64,000 nucleotides of DNA from an uncultured delta proteobacterium (GTDB lineage: Bacteria > Myxococcota_A > Polyangia > Haliangiales > Haliangiaceae): contig CAWKDB010000010.1 in assembly GCA_963848295.1 (NCBI GenBank), forward strand, positions 4,800,001 through 4,864,000, read 5' to 3'. Below the pieces are notes generated by a model, which saw only the letters and a list, made by a program, of their open reading frames with translations, was not told the DNA's origin and made no database searches. Each line of letters opens with the position of its first letter. Within the stretch, counting starts at the first letter, position 1. Shown in pieces: positions 11,412 to 22,106 of this stretch. Made by a program: the position numbers and the translations under genes.

Positions 11412-12326
11412 GTGCTAGGCCCCCTGGATCACGTCGGCGCTGCGCTCGGCTACTTGGCGACCGCCCGCCGCCAACATGCGAGCGACTTGCTAACCGCCGA
11501 GCAGCTCGCGTGGCACGCCGCGCTGCCGGCCGGGCTGACGCTCGAGTGGATCGGCACCGCGGGGTTTCGGCTCGAATACCAGGGCGTCGTCGTGTGGATC
11601 GACCCGTACGTGACGCGCCTGGCGCTCGGCGACCTCGTGCGCCGGCGCGTCGTGCCGGCGTCGAGCAGCACGGTCGACCGCTGGATCGATCGCGCCGATG
11701 CCGTGCTCGTCGGCCACACGCACTTCGACCACGCGCTCGACGTGCCGGCGATCGCGCGCAAGTTCGGCTGCCCGGTCTACGGCTCGCGCTCGCTCGAGCA
11801 CTTGATGAGCCTGCATGGCTTGGCCGAGCGCGCGGTCGCGGTCGATCCGCATCGCGATTACGAGGTCGGGCCGTTTCGGTTTCACTTCGTGCCGAGCGTC
11901 CATTCGAAGCTGCAGCTCGGCTTGGGCATCCCGTATTCCGGCGAGCTGACGTGCGATCATGTCGACGAGCTCAACCCGCAGGCGTATCGCTGCGGCCAGG
12001 TCTGGGGCCTGCACGTCGCGGTCGCGGGCGTGACGTTCTACCACCAGGGCTCTGCCGACCTGCTCGAGGACGAGATTCGCGATCGCGGCATCGACTACTT
12101 CTTGTGCGGCATCTCGGGCCGGCGGTTCACTCACGACTACGTCGAACGGATCGTGCGCGCGCTCGAGCCGCGCGCGATCGTGCCCACCCACTACGACGAT
12201 TTCTTTCGCCCGCTCGGCGACGCGCCGAGGTTCTCGTTCAACGTCAACCTGACCGGGTTCTGCGACGACGTCCACCGCGCCTCGCGCGAGCCGCAGATCC
12301 ACGTGATGAGCATCGGGGCGAGATGA
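11412..12326 (+). CDS. MBL-fold metallo-hydrolase
   Basis: WIGTAG, IDPY, GHTHFDHALD, PTHYDDF. Confidence 0.88.
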   Translation: MLGPLDHVGAALGYLATARRQHASDLLTAEQLAWHAALPAGLTLEWIGTAGFRLEYQGVVVWIDPYVTRLALGDLVRRRVVPASSSTVDRWIDRADAVLVGHTHFDHALDVPAIARKFGCPVYGSRSLEHLMSLHGLAERAVAVDPHRDYEVGPFRFHFVPSVHSKLQLGLGIPYSGELTCDHVDELNPQAYRCGQVWGLHVAVAGVTFYHQGSADLLEDEIRDRGIDYFLCGISGRRFTHDYVERIVRALEPRAIVPTHYDDFFRPLGDAPRFSFNVNLTGFCDDVHRASREPQIHVMSIGAR

Positions 12327-12346
12327 GCGAGCTCGAGCGCTGAGCG

Positions 12347-13162
12347 CTAGCCGACACCGAGCCAGTCGGTGAGCGCCGCGGCGCGGTCGTCGGGAAAATC
12401 GACGCCGACTGCGCAGCTCGCCTCGGCCGGGCCGTGCCAGTCCGAGCCGCCGGTGCAGACCAGGCCGAGCTCGTCGGCGATCGCGGACCAGTGCGCTCGC
12501 TCGCGCGCGTCGTAGTTGCCGTAGAACGCCTCGACCCCGTCGAGCCCGTCGCCGCGATACTTGCGCAGCAACGCCTCGCCTCGGCGGTCGTAGAGATGCG
12601 GGTGTGCGAGCGATAATGCGGCTCCGGCGGCGTGGCCGAGCGCGAGCGCGTCGGGGAGCGACAAGGCGCGATGCGGAACGTCGACCGGCCCGCCGTCGTA
12701 CAGGTGGCGAGCGAACGCATCTTTTAGCGAGCTCGCCGCGCCCGCGGCGACCATCGCCTTGGCGAGATCCGGCCGGCCCACCGCGCGAGTTGCGGCGACC
12801 GCGAGCAGCGGCTCGACCTCGATCCGGATGCCGCGTTGCTCGAGCTTGGCGGCCATCACTCGGAGGCGGTTGCGCCGCGCTTCGAGCAGCTCGCCGAGCC
12901 GCGCCTCGAGCGCCCCCCAGTCGCCGCCGCGATCGTACGCGAGCACGTGGATCGTACGTCGGGTTTCGGGATCGTCACACGACAGCTCCACGGCACGCAG
13001 CGTGGGGCCGCCGGCTCGCGCGGCCAACGTCGAGCCGGCGCACGTGTCGTGATCGGTCAGGGCGAAGACTGCCACCCCGCGCGCATCGGCCCGGCCGGCG
13101 ACCGCAGCCGGCGGTTCGCTACCGTCCGAGCAGGTCGAGTGGCAATGCAGCTCGAATCGCAC
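12347..13162 (-). CDS. PHP-domain phosphoesterase (TrpH/YciV-like)
   Basis: LHCHSTCSDG, ALTDHDT, LAHP, TGGSDWHG; GTG start inferred. Confidence 0.9.
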   Translation of the reverse strand: MRFELHCHSTCSDGSEPPAAVAGRADARGVAVFALTDHDTCAGSTLAARAGGPTLRAVELSCDDPETRRTIHVLAYDRGGDWGALEARLGELLEARRNRLRVMAAKLEQRGIRIEVEPLLAVAATRAVGRPDLAKAMVAAGAASSLKDAFARHLYDGGPVDVPHRALSLPDALALGHAAGAALSLAHPHLYDRRGEALLRKYRGDGLDGVEAFYGNYDARERAHWSAIADELGLVCTGGSDWHGPAEASCAVGVDFPDDRAAALTDWLGVG

Positions 13163-13227
13163 GTCGCACCCTATCGCGATCGAGTTCCATGCGACAGTCC
13201 GGCCACATCGGCGTCCGAGGCCCATCC

Positions 13228-13848
13228 ATGAATCCAAGAACGATCGTCCTGCTCGCGATTGTGTTGTTCAGCTCTGCGGTTGCTGCCGCGGATCCCGTCG
13301 ATGAGCCCAAGGCCTGGATCGGCTTCCAGGCCGAGATCGATCCGCTCGGTACGATCAACTACTCTGGAACGCTGCTCGGGATCTCTGACGATCAGAGCTT
13401 CGGGACGCAGTTCGCGTACGGACTCGGTCTCGACTTCGAGTACCAGGTGATGCCGCTGCTCGCGATCGGGTTCGCGCCGCGCGTCGTGTTCAACGTGATC
13501 GAGAACGGTGGGGGCGAAGACGCCAAGCAGCTACTCGACCTCCGACTCCGCGCCGCATTCGGCAAGGAGGTCATTCCGAAGCTGCGGGTTTACGGCATCG
13601 GCACGATGGGTTGGGGCACGACGCTCGGCGGCGGGCAGGACTACTTTGGCAACTCGACGACGTTCGACGGCTTCACGATCGGGTTCGGCGGCGGCGCGAG
13701 CTACGCGATCTCGCCGAAGCTGCGGCTGTTCAGCGAGCTGACCTACGAGTTCGGGTTCGAGAATCACAACAGCGACAACGTCGACCTCGGCGAGCACATC
13801 CAGTTCCTCGATCTCGCGTTCGGCATCGCCGCCGGCCTCGGCGGCTGA
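13228..13848 (+). CDS. Outer-membrane beta-barrel protein
   Basis: Signal peptide and alternating amphipathic beta-strands. Confidence 0.65.
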   Translation: MNPRTIVLLAIVLFSSAVAAADPVDEPKAWIGFQAEIDPLGTINYSGTLLGISDDQSFGTQFAYGLGLDFEYQVMPLLAIGFAPRVVFNVIENGGGEDAKQLLDLRLRAAFGKEVIPKLRVYGIGTMGWGTTLGGGQDYFGNSTTFDGFTIGFGGGASYAISPKLRLFSELTYEFGFENHNSDNVDLGEHIQFLDLAFGIAAGLGG

Positions 13849-13849
13849 C

Positions 13850-14557
13850 GTGGTGCTCGCCGCGCGTGCCCGTCGCTGGCTCGCGGGCAGCGATCGCACC
13901 GACCGCGGCGGCTTGCCGATCCACGAGCTGCTCGCGCCGCTACCGCTCGTCGCGATCGCGGTGCTCGTGCTCAATGATCGCGTGCTCAAGGGTTCGGCCG
14001 CGCCCGGCTGGTTGACCGGCAAGCTCAGCGACGTCGTCGGGCTGTTCGCGTTTCCGCTGATCGTGACCGCGGCCGTCGATCTCGCGCTCTATCTCGCCGC
14101 CAAGGTCGGCGCGCCAGTCGACTTCACGTTGCGGCGGTGGAAGCTCGGTGCGGCGTGCGTCGCGACTGCCTGCGTGTTCACCGCGATGAAGCTGTGGCCC
14201 GAGGCGGCGCGCGATGTCGCGCGCGCGTGGTCATCGATCGCCGGCGACAGCCACGTCGTCGCCGACCCGAGCGACCTCGTCGCGTTGGTCGCGCTCGCCG
14301 CCGCATGGGTCTACGGCCGCGCCGCGATCAGCCGCGGCTCGTATGGCCGACTCGAGCTCGCGGCGCGTCGCCATCGTGCGGGCGCGGCGGTCGTCGCGCC
14401 GTTTAGCGATGCCGCGGCGTGCGGGGCCGACCCGGCGATCGTGCGCGAGCTCGACACCGCGGTCGCGGCGTGGCTCGGTGGCGGGCCTGCGGCGCCGGTC
14501 GACGATGCGCTCGCGCGGTTACGGTGTATGGTCGATCCGTCATGGCCGACAGCTTGA
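13850..14557 (+). CDS. Hypothetical membrane protein
   Basis: LVLNDRVLK..GWLTGKLSD..DPSDL motifs. Confidence 0.7.
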   Translation: MVLAARARRWLAGSDRTDRGGLPIHELLAPLPLVAIAVLVLNDRVLKGSAAPGWLTGKLSDVVGLFAFPLIVTAAVDLALYLAAKVGAPVDFTLRRWKLGAACVATACVFTAMKLWPEAARDVARAWSSIAGDSHVVADPSDLVALVALAAAWVYGRAAISRGSYGRLELAARRHRAGAAVVAPFSDAAACGADPAIVRELDTAVAAWLGGGPAAPVDDALARLRCMVDPSWPTA

Positions 14558-15258
14558 TCGCCGTTCGAGATCGCCGCGAGCAAGTGATCGCGCGGATCTC
14601 CGAGTGCTACGCGGCCGACGTGCTCGATGTCGACGAGCTCGAACGCCGAATCGATGCCGCTCATAACGCGAGCACGCTCGCCGACCTCGAGACGCTCGTC
14701 GCCGATCTCGCTGCGCCGACCTCGTCCACCGCGCTCGTGCCGGTCTCATCCAGCGCGCTCGCAGTCGACGATCCGAGCCGACCCGCGACCAAGAAGCTCA
14801 GCGTCATCATGAGCTCGGTCGAGCGCCGGGGTCGGTGGACCGTGCCGAAGGCGACGACGCTGCGCGTGTTCTGGGCCAGCGCCGAGCTCGATTTTCGCGA
14901 TGCCTCGATCGGCCCGGGCGTCACGACGATCGACATCAGCGTGACGATGGGCAACCTCGAGATCATCGTGCCGCCGCAGCTCGCGGTCGACGTCGATGTG
15001 TCTTCGTTCATGGGCTCGGTCGAGGAGAAGCATCGCGTCCCACCCGATCCCGATCCGGCGCGCCCGATCCTGCGGATCACCGGTGCGGTGCGGCTCGGCA
15101 ACCTGGAGATCGTCACCCGTCTGGCGGGCGAGACCGGGCGGGATGCGCACCGGCGCGAACGTCACGAGCGCCGCCAGCTGCGCAAAGCTCGTCGCAGAGA
15201 GCGCCGTGGGCTCCGAGCGGGGACTCCTTCGCTCCCGCCTGGACGTAGTGAGATGTAG
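14542..15258 (+). CDS. DUF1707 (SHOCT-like) protein with LiaF-like C-terminus
   Basis: DRREQV...LDVDELERR....A.TLADL..LVADL; RRGRWTVP, ELDFRDA. Confidence 0.82.
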   Translation: MADSLIAVRDRREQVIARISECYAADVLDVDELERRIDAAHNASTLADLETLVADLAAPTSSTALVPVSSSALAVDDPSRPATKKLSVIMSSVERRGRWTVPKATTLRVFWASAELDFRDASIGPGVTTIDISVTMGNLEIIVPPQLAVDVDVSSFMGSVEEKHRVPPDPDPARPILRITGAVRLGNLEIVTRLAGETGRDAHRRERHERRQLRKARRRERRGLRAGTPSLPPGRSEM

Positions 15259-15321
15259 GCGGCCTCGTGACCGGGCCAGAGTCGCGGTCACAGTGCAGCC
15301 TCTGCTAGACTTTCGTAACGG

Positions 15322-17172
15322 ATGGGAATACCGGGCGCCCTGCCTCAGCAGCGCCTCGGTCGCTACGAGCTCCTCGCTCGGCTCGCGACCGGTGGGATGG
15401 GTGAGATCTTCCTGGCGCGTCTCGAAGGCGCGGCCGGGTTCGAGAAGCTCTACGTCGTAAAGCGGATCCTGCCGCACCTCGCGGACGACGCGCGCTTCCG
15501 TCAGATGCTGATCGCGGAAGCGCGGATCGCGGCGAAGATGTCGCACGCGAATATCTGTCAGGTCTACGAGCTCGGCGAGACCGACGGCCAGCTCTACATC
15601 GTGATGGAGTACCTCGAAGGCATCACGATGCTGCCGCTGCTCCGCAAGGCATCGAAGGAAGCGACGCCACTCGATTTCGGATTCGTCGCGCGGCCTGTTG
15701 CAGCAGACGTGCGACGCGCTCCACTACGCGCACGAGCTCAAGGATCGCGATGGCGAAGGCTTGGGCTCGTTCACCGCGACGTGTCGCCGTCGAACATCTT
15801 TCTGACCGAATCGGGCATCGTGAAGATCCTCGACTTCGGCATCGCGAAGGCGCGCGGCGCGTCGACGAACACGCAAGAAGGCACGGTCAAGGGCAAGTAC
15901 GCGTACATGGCGCCCGAGCAGCTGCGCGGCGGGGCGATCGATCGCCGAGTCGACGTGTTCGCGCTCGGCGTCGTGATGTACGAGATGATCGCGCTGCGCC
16001 GGCTGTTCCAGCGCAAGACCGACTACCTGACGTTCCGCGCGGTGATGGAGCAGCCGATTCCGGATATTCGCCGGTATCGCGCCGACTGCCCGGATTCTTT
16101 GGCCGAGGCCTTGGCGCGCGCCCTCGATCGCGATCAGTCGCAGCGCTTCGAGAATGCGCGCCAGCTCGGCACGGCGATGCTCGACGCGTTCGGCACGGTC
16201 AAACGTCCGTGGGGCCAGGGCGAGATCAGCGACTTCGTGCGTGCGAATTTTGCCGATGACATCGGCAAGCGCAGCCAGCAAGTGCAGAGCGCGGTCCAGC
16301 GCACGAAGTCCGGCGCCGACGCGCGCGTGACGATGCCGTTGATCGCGCAGGCCGACGAGATCCAGCCAACCGAAGACACCGATGACGATGGGTTCCCATC
16401 GGTCGAGACCGACGTCGACAGCACGTTTTCGCGCGCGAGCCGGACGCCGTCGGGGACCGACTTCCAGGGCCAGACGCCGCCGCCGTTCTCTGGTGGAGCG
16501 GATTCGAGCCCGAGCAACTCCGGAATGATCCGACCGGTGCAGGGCACGCCGGTGCTCCAACCGGCGATGCACTCACAGCCGATCATGGTCGTGCCGCGGC
16601 GCAGCCTGGTGTGGCCGTTGCTCGCGGCCGCGATGGTGTTGATCGCGGGCGGCGCGCTGTTTCTGGTCTGGCACCAGATGCAGCAACAACCCCAGCCGAT
16701 GGGACCCGTGATCATTCGTCAGGGCCCCGATCCGAGGCCGATCCAGCCGGACAACGCGACGAAGGACGGAAGTGGCAGCAGCGGCGTGAACCTGGCCGAT
16801 GGCAGCGACGCGCTTCGCAGCGGCAGCGCGACGCCCGCGGTTCCGGACGACACGACACCGCATAACCCCCATCCGACGCCACAGCCCCCGCGCCACCCGA
16901 AGACGGTCAACGAGCTACTGCGGGCCGGGCTGTCCGGAACGACCGATTGCGTGACCGCGAACGGCGGCCCGACAGTCCTGCCGAACGGCACCGCGACGAT
17001 CTCGATCGACGTGGCCAAGACCGGCGTTCCGAGGGGCGTCAAGCTGATCCCGCCGGCGCTCGACGCCGGGCCGCTCGGCGCCTGTGTCCGCAAGGTCTAC
17101 ATGGCGATCAAGTTTCCCGCTGGCAAGGAAGGCACGATCACGTTCGACGTGAACTTGAAGGCGCCGACCTAG
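15322..17172 (+). CDS. Membrane Ser/Thr protein kinase (compensated frameshift at ~15690-15760)
   Basis: GGMGEI, VVKR, HRDVSPSN, DFG, GKYAYMAPE; TM. The alternative frame between the indels reads GLLQQTCDALHYAHELKD. Confidence 0.92.
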   Translation: MGIPGALPQQRLGRYELLARLATGGMGEIFLARLEGAAGFEKLYVVKRILPHLADDARFRQMLIAEARIAAKMSHANICQVYELGETDGQLYIVMEYLEGITMLPLLRKASKEATPLDFGFVARPVAADVRRAPLRARAQGSRWRRLGLVHRDVSPSNIFLTESGIVKILDFGIAKARGASTNTQEGTVKGKYAYMAPEQLRGGAIDRRVDVFALGVVMYEMIALRRLFQRKTDYLTFRAVMEQPIPDIRRYRADCPDSLAEALARALDRDQSQRFENARQLGTAMLDAFGTVKRPWGQGEISDFVRANFADDIGKRSQQVQSAVQRTKSGADARVTMPLIAQADEIQPTEDTDDDGFPSVETDVDSTFSRASRTPSGTDFQGQTPPPFSGGADSSPSNSGMIRPVQGTPVLQPAMHSQPIMVVPRRSLVWPLLAAAMVLIAGGALFLVWHQMQQQPQPMGPVIIRQGPDPRPIQPDNATKDGSGSSGVNLADGSDALRSGSATPAVPDDTTPHNPHPTPQPPRHPKTVNELLRAGLSGTTDCVTANGGPTVLPNGTATISIDVAKTGVPRGVKLIPPALDAGPLGACVRKVYMAIKFPAGKEGTITFDVNLKAPT

Positions 17173-17181
17173 GAGAGCTCG

Positions 17182-19794
17182 TCACTTCGCGAGGCTAACG
17201 CGCTCGACCGCGCTTGCCGGGACCCAGCCCAGCGCACCGCTCGCGATCCGGATCCTCGTCCACGACTCGCGGCTCTCGACCACGGTCACCTCGGCTCCGC
17301 GAGGCAACGGCTCGGTCAGCGCGGACGGAGCTCCATCGTTGTCGGCGACGCGCAACGCCACGCCATCCATCACGACCGCATCGTCGGCGTGATGATCCTC
17401 GACCACGATCGACACGAGCATCGCGATCCATACCGCTAGCGGCAGGACCGCGAGCCCGCGCAGCCCGCGGCGGCGTTTGACGGACCACGGCACGACGAGC
17501 AGTACCGCGATCGCGAAGGCGACGGCCCCGACGAGCCAGCGCCGCGAGCTAGGCCAGCGATGGAAGAAGAACAGCGTGTCGGCGGCCGAGCTGACGTGCG
17601 CGCGATGAAACACCCCCGGCACTTGCTCGCGCAGCCACGCGAGGTTCTGTTGCGCGCGGGCGTTGCCCGGATCGATCGCGAGGGCGCGCCGATACGCGAG
17701 GGTCGCGGTGGCGAGGTCGCCAGCGCCGAGCGCGGCGTTGCCCCAATCCGCCAGCAGCTCGGGACTGTCCGGTTGGTCAGCGGCGACCTGACCGAGCAGC
17801 GACGCGGCGCGAGCGAAGGCGGTCCGTCGCTCGCTCGCGGCGGTCTTGGTCATCGCGAGCTGATAGGCATCGCGCGCATCTTCGAGCGAATGATTTGCCG
17901 CCGGCGTCGCGCCCGCGACGCGCGCACTTCCGGCGAGCGCGACGACGATGCCGAGCACGGTCATCGATGACGGGGGCTTGCCCCCCGGCGGCAGGGTCGC
18001 CGAAGGGCGGCGCGGTTCGATCGACGGGAGCGCCGACTTCGCGGGTGGTTTGCGCCTCGCCGCGCTCGCCCACTTGCGGATCAGCGCCAACGCATCGCTT
18101 CGCAGCGCGTTCGAGATCGGCTGCGATCCGGCCGCGGGCGCGAAGCTCTCGGTCTCCAGCTTCGCGAGCAAGCCACCGTCGTCGAGAGGTTGTCCGGCGA
18201 CGCGCGCGAAGTTGCGCAGCGCCGCGGCGAGCGGTCCGGCGGCGTCCCTCGCGGGTGCCTGCTCGGCGCGAGCGAGCTCGTCGTCGGCGCGCCGCTGCGC
18301 CGCCTTGATCTCGGCGATATCCTCCCGCCGACCGGCGGTGCGACGCCGCCACGACTGGCCGGCGAACAGCGCGAGCGGCAGGGCATAGAGCAGTCCGACG
18401 AGCAGCCACAGCGTGCCGCCGGCGATCGGGCGATCGCCGGTGCGGCCCGGTTCCGACAAGGCGAGATCGGCGTTGCCGAGCGACACGACAGTCTCGGCTG
18501 AGACCGTCTTCTTCGACGGCGCGGCGGACACGACCTGGTCGGCACCGATCACCGTGCCGCCCTTGACCGATAACGCGATCGGGTCGCTGTGGATCGTCTG
18601 GTACGTCGCCTTCTGCGGGTCGAAGTACGAGAACGCGAGCGCCGGAATCTCGCCGGTCGTGGCGGTCAGCTGCGCGGTGACCTTGAACGTCTTGGTCTTC
18701 GCGTCATCGGACAGCTCCCCGGTCGGCGCGTCTTGCGGCACGGCGAACTTGTCCTTCGGGAGCTCGTCCGGGCCATCGAGCCGGGGCAGCGCCAGCGTGT
18801 CGAGCCGCTGATCGCTCTTGACCGTGATCGCGAGCTCGACCGGTTCGCCCAGCGAGACGACCGAGCGGCTCGTCGTGACCGCGATCGAGAACTGTTGGCC
18901 GACCGCGCCCGCGAAGCTCGCGGGCTTATCGGTCTCGGGCAACGGCTTGGCTTCGAGCGTGTGCGCGACGTCCGCGGTGCGAAACAGCGCGGTCCCGAAC
19001 TCGCCGAACGCGTCTTGCTGACCTGCGGGCAGGCTCGCGACGACGGTCGCCGGTGCGACCTCGATCTTGCCGACGCGGCGCGGTGCCGCATACAGCTCGA
19101 GCTGGAGCTGGTTGTACGCGACGCCGTCGAGCGTCGTGCGGTCGACCTTGTAGGGGACATCGAGCGTCTTGGTCCCGATCGTCAGCGACAGCGTGTGGTC
19201 GCCTTGCTGCGGCGGCGGCGTCGCGACCGTGAAGTCGTCGTCGCCGAGCGGCAGCGTGATCTCGGGCTTGCCTTGCGGGTCAGCACGGAACAGCCAGTGC
19301 ACGACCAGCTTGATGTTCTCGCCGACGTAGACCGGACGGTCGGGCAGGCCCAGCGACAGCTTCATCGCGTCGGTGGTCGGCACGCTGCGCGCTTCGACGT
19401 TGCCGGCGGAGGCGGTCGCCTTCTTGCTGCCTTGCTCGACCGCGGTGGTCGGTACCTTGAGGTCGCCTTCCTTGGTCGGCACGACCGACCACTGCATGAC
19501 CCAACGCACGTCCTTCCACAGCCGTTCCCTGCCGTTGATGCTCTCGAACCGCTGCGAGATCTTCGGGCGGACACCGAGTGCGGTCACGTTCGCACCGGTG
19601 ATCGCCAGCGTCGGCTGCGCCGGCTCGGGCGACTCGTCGAACCCCTGGACGACGAGCGACAGCGTGAACGGGACGCCGACGTAGATATCGCGCTCCGCCT
19701 GGAATTGCGCCTGAGGCGGATCGTCGGCGAGCGCGGGTGCGGCCCCGAGCGCGAGCATCGCCGCGACGACGAGCACGTTGCGGCGAGTCATCAC
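17182..19794 (-). CDS. BatD-family protein fused to TPR + SH3 (BatE-like)
   Basis: FAGAVGQ, GEPVEL, PALAFSYFDP, WGNAAL..YRRAL..P..NL; C-terminal GAEV..W.RI..GWVP SH3-like segment. Confidence 0.8.
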   Translation of the reverse strand: MMTRRNVLVVAAMLALGAAPALADDPPQAQFQAERDIYVGVPFTLSLVVQGFDESPEPAQPTLAITGANVTALGVRPKISQRFESINGRERLWKDVRWVMQWSVVPTKEGDLKVPTTAVEQGSKKATASAGNVEARSVPTTDAMKLSLGLPDRPVYVGENIKLVVHWLFRADPQGKPEITLPLGDDDFTVATPPPQQGDHTLSLTIGTKTLDVPYKVDRTTLDGVAYNQLQLELYAAPRRVGKIEVAPATVVASLPAGQQDAFGEFGTALFRTADVAHTLEAKPLPETDKPASFAGAVGQQFSIAVTTSRSVVSLGEPVELAITVKSDQRLDTLALPRLDGPDELPKDKFAVPQDAPTGELSDDAKTKTFKVTAQLTATTGEIPALAFSYFDPQKATYQTIHSDPIALSVKGGTVIGADQVVSAAPSKKTVSAETVVSLGNADLALSEPGRTGDRPIAGGTLWLLVGLLYALPLALFAGQSWRRRTAGRREDIAEIKAAQRRADDELARAEQAPARDAAGPLAAALRNFARVAGQPLDDGGLLAKLETESFAPAAGSQPISNALRSDALALIRKWASAARRKPPAKSALPSIEPRRPSATLPPGGKPPSSMTVLGIVVALAGSARVAGATPAANHSLEDARDAYQLAMTKTAASERRTAFARAASLLGQVAADQPDSPELLADWGNAALGAGDLATATLAYRRALAIDPGNARAQQNLAWLREQVPGVFHRAHVSSAADTLFFFHRWPSSRRWLVGAVAFAIAVLLVVPWSVKRRRGLRGLAVLPLAVWIAMLVSIVVEDHHADDAVVMDGVALRVADNDGAPSALTEPLPRGAEVTVVESRESWTRIRIASGALGWVPASAVERVSLAK

Positions 19795-22106
19795 CAGTCC
19801 TGCTCCACCGGATCTTTGTTCTTGCTGTCGTTTTTCTCGGCGTTGTCGCGCTGTCGGCGCGCATCCTCGTCGTTCGCGCGCTGGCCGGCGCCGCTCTTCG
19901 ATTGGTCCTGCTTATCGCCTTGCGCTTGTTGCTGCTTGTCCTGCTTCTTCTTGTTGTTCTTCGACGGCGGCTGCAGCAGCTTGAGCGCGGACTGGAGATG
20001 CTCGATCGCCTTGGCCTCGGCGTCGACCGCCGGCTTGAGGCTGACCGATTGGTTCGTCGCGGCTTGCGCTTTGCCGAGCCCGGTCTTCGCGTCGGCCATG
20101 CTGTTTTGCGCGAGCTGGACTTCATCGGCGGCGGCCGCGAGCGTCTTCGGATCCGGGCCTTGCTGTGCGTGCGGGCCGGGTGGTTGCGCGCCTGCTTTCT
20201 TGCCCGCGGCGTCGGCCTGCTTCGCGAGCACGTCGTGGATCGCCTTCGCCATCTGCGCGTGCTCGTCTTCGCTCGTGACCAGGCCGGGCAGCTTCGGCGC
20301 GCGCGTGAAGTCATCATCGCCGTTCGCGGTCGTCGTCTGATCGCGCGTCTCGCCCTGCTTGCGGATCAAGTCCTGGAGGTGCTCGATCAAGTTGAAGAAC
20401 AGCTCGCGCAGCTCGTCGAGCTTGGCCTCGGCGGTCTTCGCCGGCGCGAGCGGATCGGTGTTCTTCGCGATCGCGGTCTGGAGCTCGGCGATCGCCTTCT
20501 CGGCGTCGGCGCGCAGCGGCTCGGCATCGGCGAGCTGTTGGCGGAGGCCGTCGAACTGCTTCTTGATGTCGTCCGGCGACGGTGACGGCGGCGGTGGGGC
20601 GCCCGAGCCTTGGGCAGCTTGCGCCGGTGCGACGGCTTTCTGCTCCGCCTGCTTCTGCTCGGCGTCGATCTTGGCGGCCTGTTCGGCGAGCAGCGTCTTG
20701 ATCTTCGGTAGCCGCGCGAGGTTGCGCGCGAGGTCCTGCTTCGCCTGCTCCGCTCGCTCCTTCGGCTCGAGCTGCGTGGCCCCTGGCGTGACGAGGGCGG
20801 TCAGGTCCTTTTGCGTGTTCGCAGCGAGCTCGATCGTCTGCTTGAGGTCGGCGAACTCTTCGACTGCCTCGCCGATCGCGATGACCGAGTCGCGCTCGGT
20901 CTCGCCGGCGTCATCGAGCTTGCCGTCGGCGAGTTGATGCTGGGCGCGCTCCATCGCGGCGCTGGCCTCGGTGACGAACGGCGCGGCTCGGGTGTAGCGC
21001 TCGAGCTCCTTCGCTTGGTCCTCGGACATCTTCGGCGGCTCGCCATTAGCGCCCGGCTTGTCGGCGTGGTCGGTGATCGCGGACAGCCGCGCGCGGACCT
21101 CGTCGATGCGATCGCGCAGGCCGGTCTGGCGCTCCGCGAGCGCAGCGGGTTGCATCCAGACCGGGATCACCGGCTTGCGATCGCTGTTCGCGAGCAGCTT
21201 CGGCGCGGTTGCCTCGGCGACCGCGCGGGTCTCGCGGATCAAGTCGACCTCTTCGCTGCCCACCGCTTGCAAGATCGGGATCGGCTCGAGCAGCTGCTCT
21301 CTCGCTCGCTTGAGCGCGATCATCGCCGCTTCGCTGCGAGCGAGCCCATCGTCGGCGGCGAGATCCTGCAGCTTGCGGCGCGCCTCGGCGATCCGCGAGC
21401 GCCCCTGGGTCAGGTAGACGTCGAGGTTCTTGAGCTGGACGAGTCGGACCTTCTCTTTGTCGTCGCGCTTGTCCTCGGGCTTCTTGCCGATCTGGTCGAC
21501 CTCGTCGTCCGCGAGATCACCGATCACGCCCGCTTCGGCGCCGATGCCGCGCTCCGCGTCGGCGAGCGCGACGAGCGCCTTCTGCTGCGCGGCAGGATCG
21601 GCGCCGCCGCTCTGCTTGACTTGGACCCACGCGGAGCGCGCTCCGTCGACCACGTCGCGCTGCTCCTCGATCACCGCGTCGAGTTGGCCCTCGAGCGTAT
21701 GCTGATCGCGTGCGAGCTCGTCCTTCATCGCCTGCGCCCGCGTCCGAGCGATCGCGAGGTTCGCGATCGTATCTTGGTCGTCCTTGCGCTGGTGCGACGC
21801 GTCGGTGAACCACGACACCGCTTGCTCTTCGAGCTCGAGCGCTGCGGTCAGGTCGGCATCCTCGCCGGCTCGCGTCTTCGCGGCGTGAGCTGCGTACGTG
21901 CACCCGAGATCGTAGGCCGCGCGAAATCGAAGCTCGGGATCGACGCCGGCATTGCTCCTCGAGTCGAGGAATGCCTTTTCGGCACCTTCGAAGTCGCCTT
22001 TCGCGAGCAGCTCCGCTCCGTGGTTGTACGTGTCGCGCGCGGCGCGATGCTCCGACGGGGTGCAGCTCGTCGCGAACCACAGCGCGGCGATCAGCGCGCG
22101 CCTCAC
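19791..22106 (-). CDS. Large BatC-like TPR/coiled-coil lipoprotein
   Basis: GTG start overlapping the upstream stop; lipobox ATSC; TPR (YNHG..AAYDLG); Q-rich tail ending PVEQDW. Confidence 0.7.
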   Translation of the reverse strand: MRRALIAALWFATSCTPSEHRAARDTYNHGAELLAKGDFEGAEKAFLDSRSNAGVDPELRFRAAYDLGCTYAAHAAKTRAGEDADLTAALELEEQAVSWFTDASHQRKDDQDTIANLAIARTRAQAMKDELARDQHTLEGQLDAVIEEQRDVVDGARSAWVQVKQSGGADPAAQQKALVALADAERGIGAEAGVIGDLADDEVDQIGKKPEDKRDDKEKVRLVQLKNLDVYLTQGRSRIAEARRKLQDLAADDGLARSEAAMIALKRAREQLLEPIPILQAVGSEEVDLIRETRAVAEATAPKLLANSDRKPVIPVWMQPAALAERQTGLRDRIDEVRARLSAITDHADKPGANGEPPKMSEDQAKELERYTRAAPFVTEASAAMERAQHQLADGKLDDAGETERDSVIAIGEAVEEFADLKQTIELAANTQKDLTALVTPGATQLEPKERAEQAKQDLARNLARLPKIKTLLAEQAAKIDAEQKQAEQKAVAPAQAAQGSGAPPPPSPSPDDIKKQFDGLRQQLADAEPLRADAEKAIAELQTAIAKNTDPLAPAKTAEAKLDELRELFFNLIEHLQDLIRKQGETRDQTTTANGDDDFTRAPKLPGLVTSEDEHAQMAKAIHDVLAKQADAAGKKAGAQPPGPHAQQGPDPKTLAAAADEVQLAQNSMADAKTGLGKAQAATNQSVSLKPAVDAEAKAIEHLQSALKLLQPPSKNNKKKQDKQQQAQGDKQDQSKSGAGQRANDEDARRQRDNAEKNDSKNKDPVEQDW

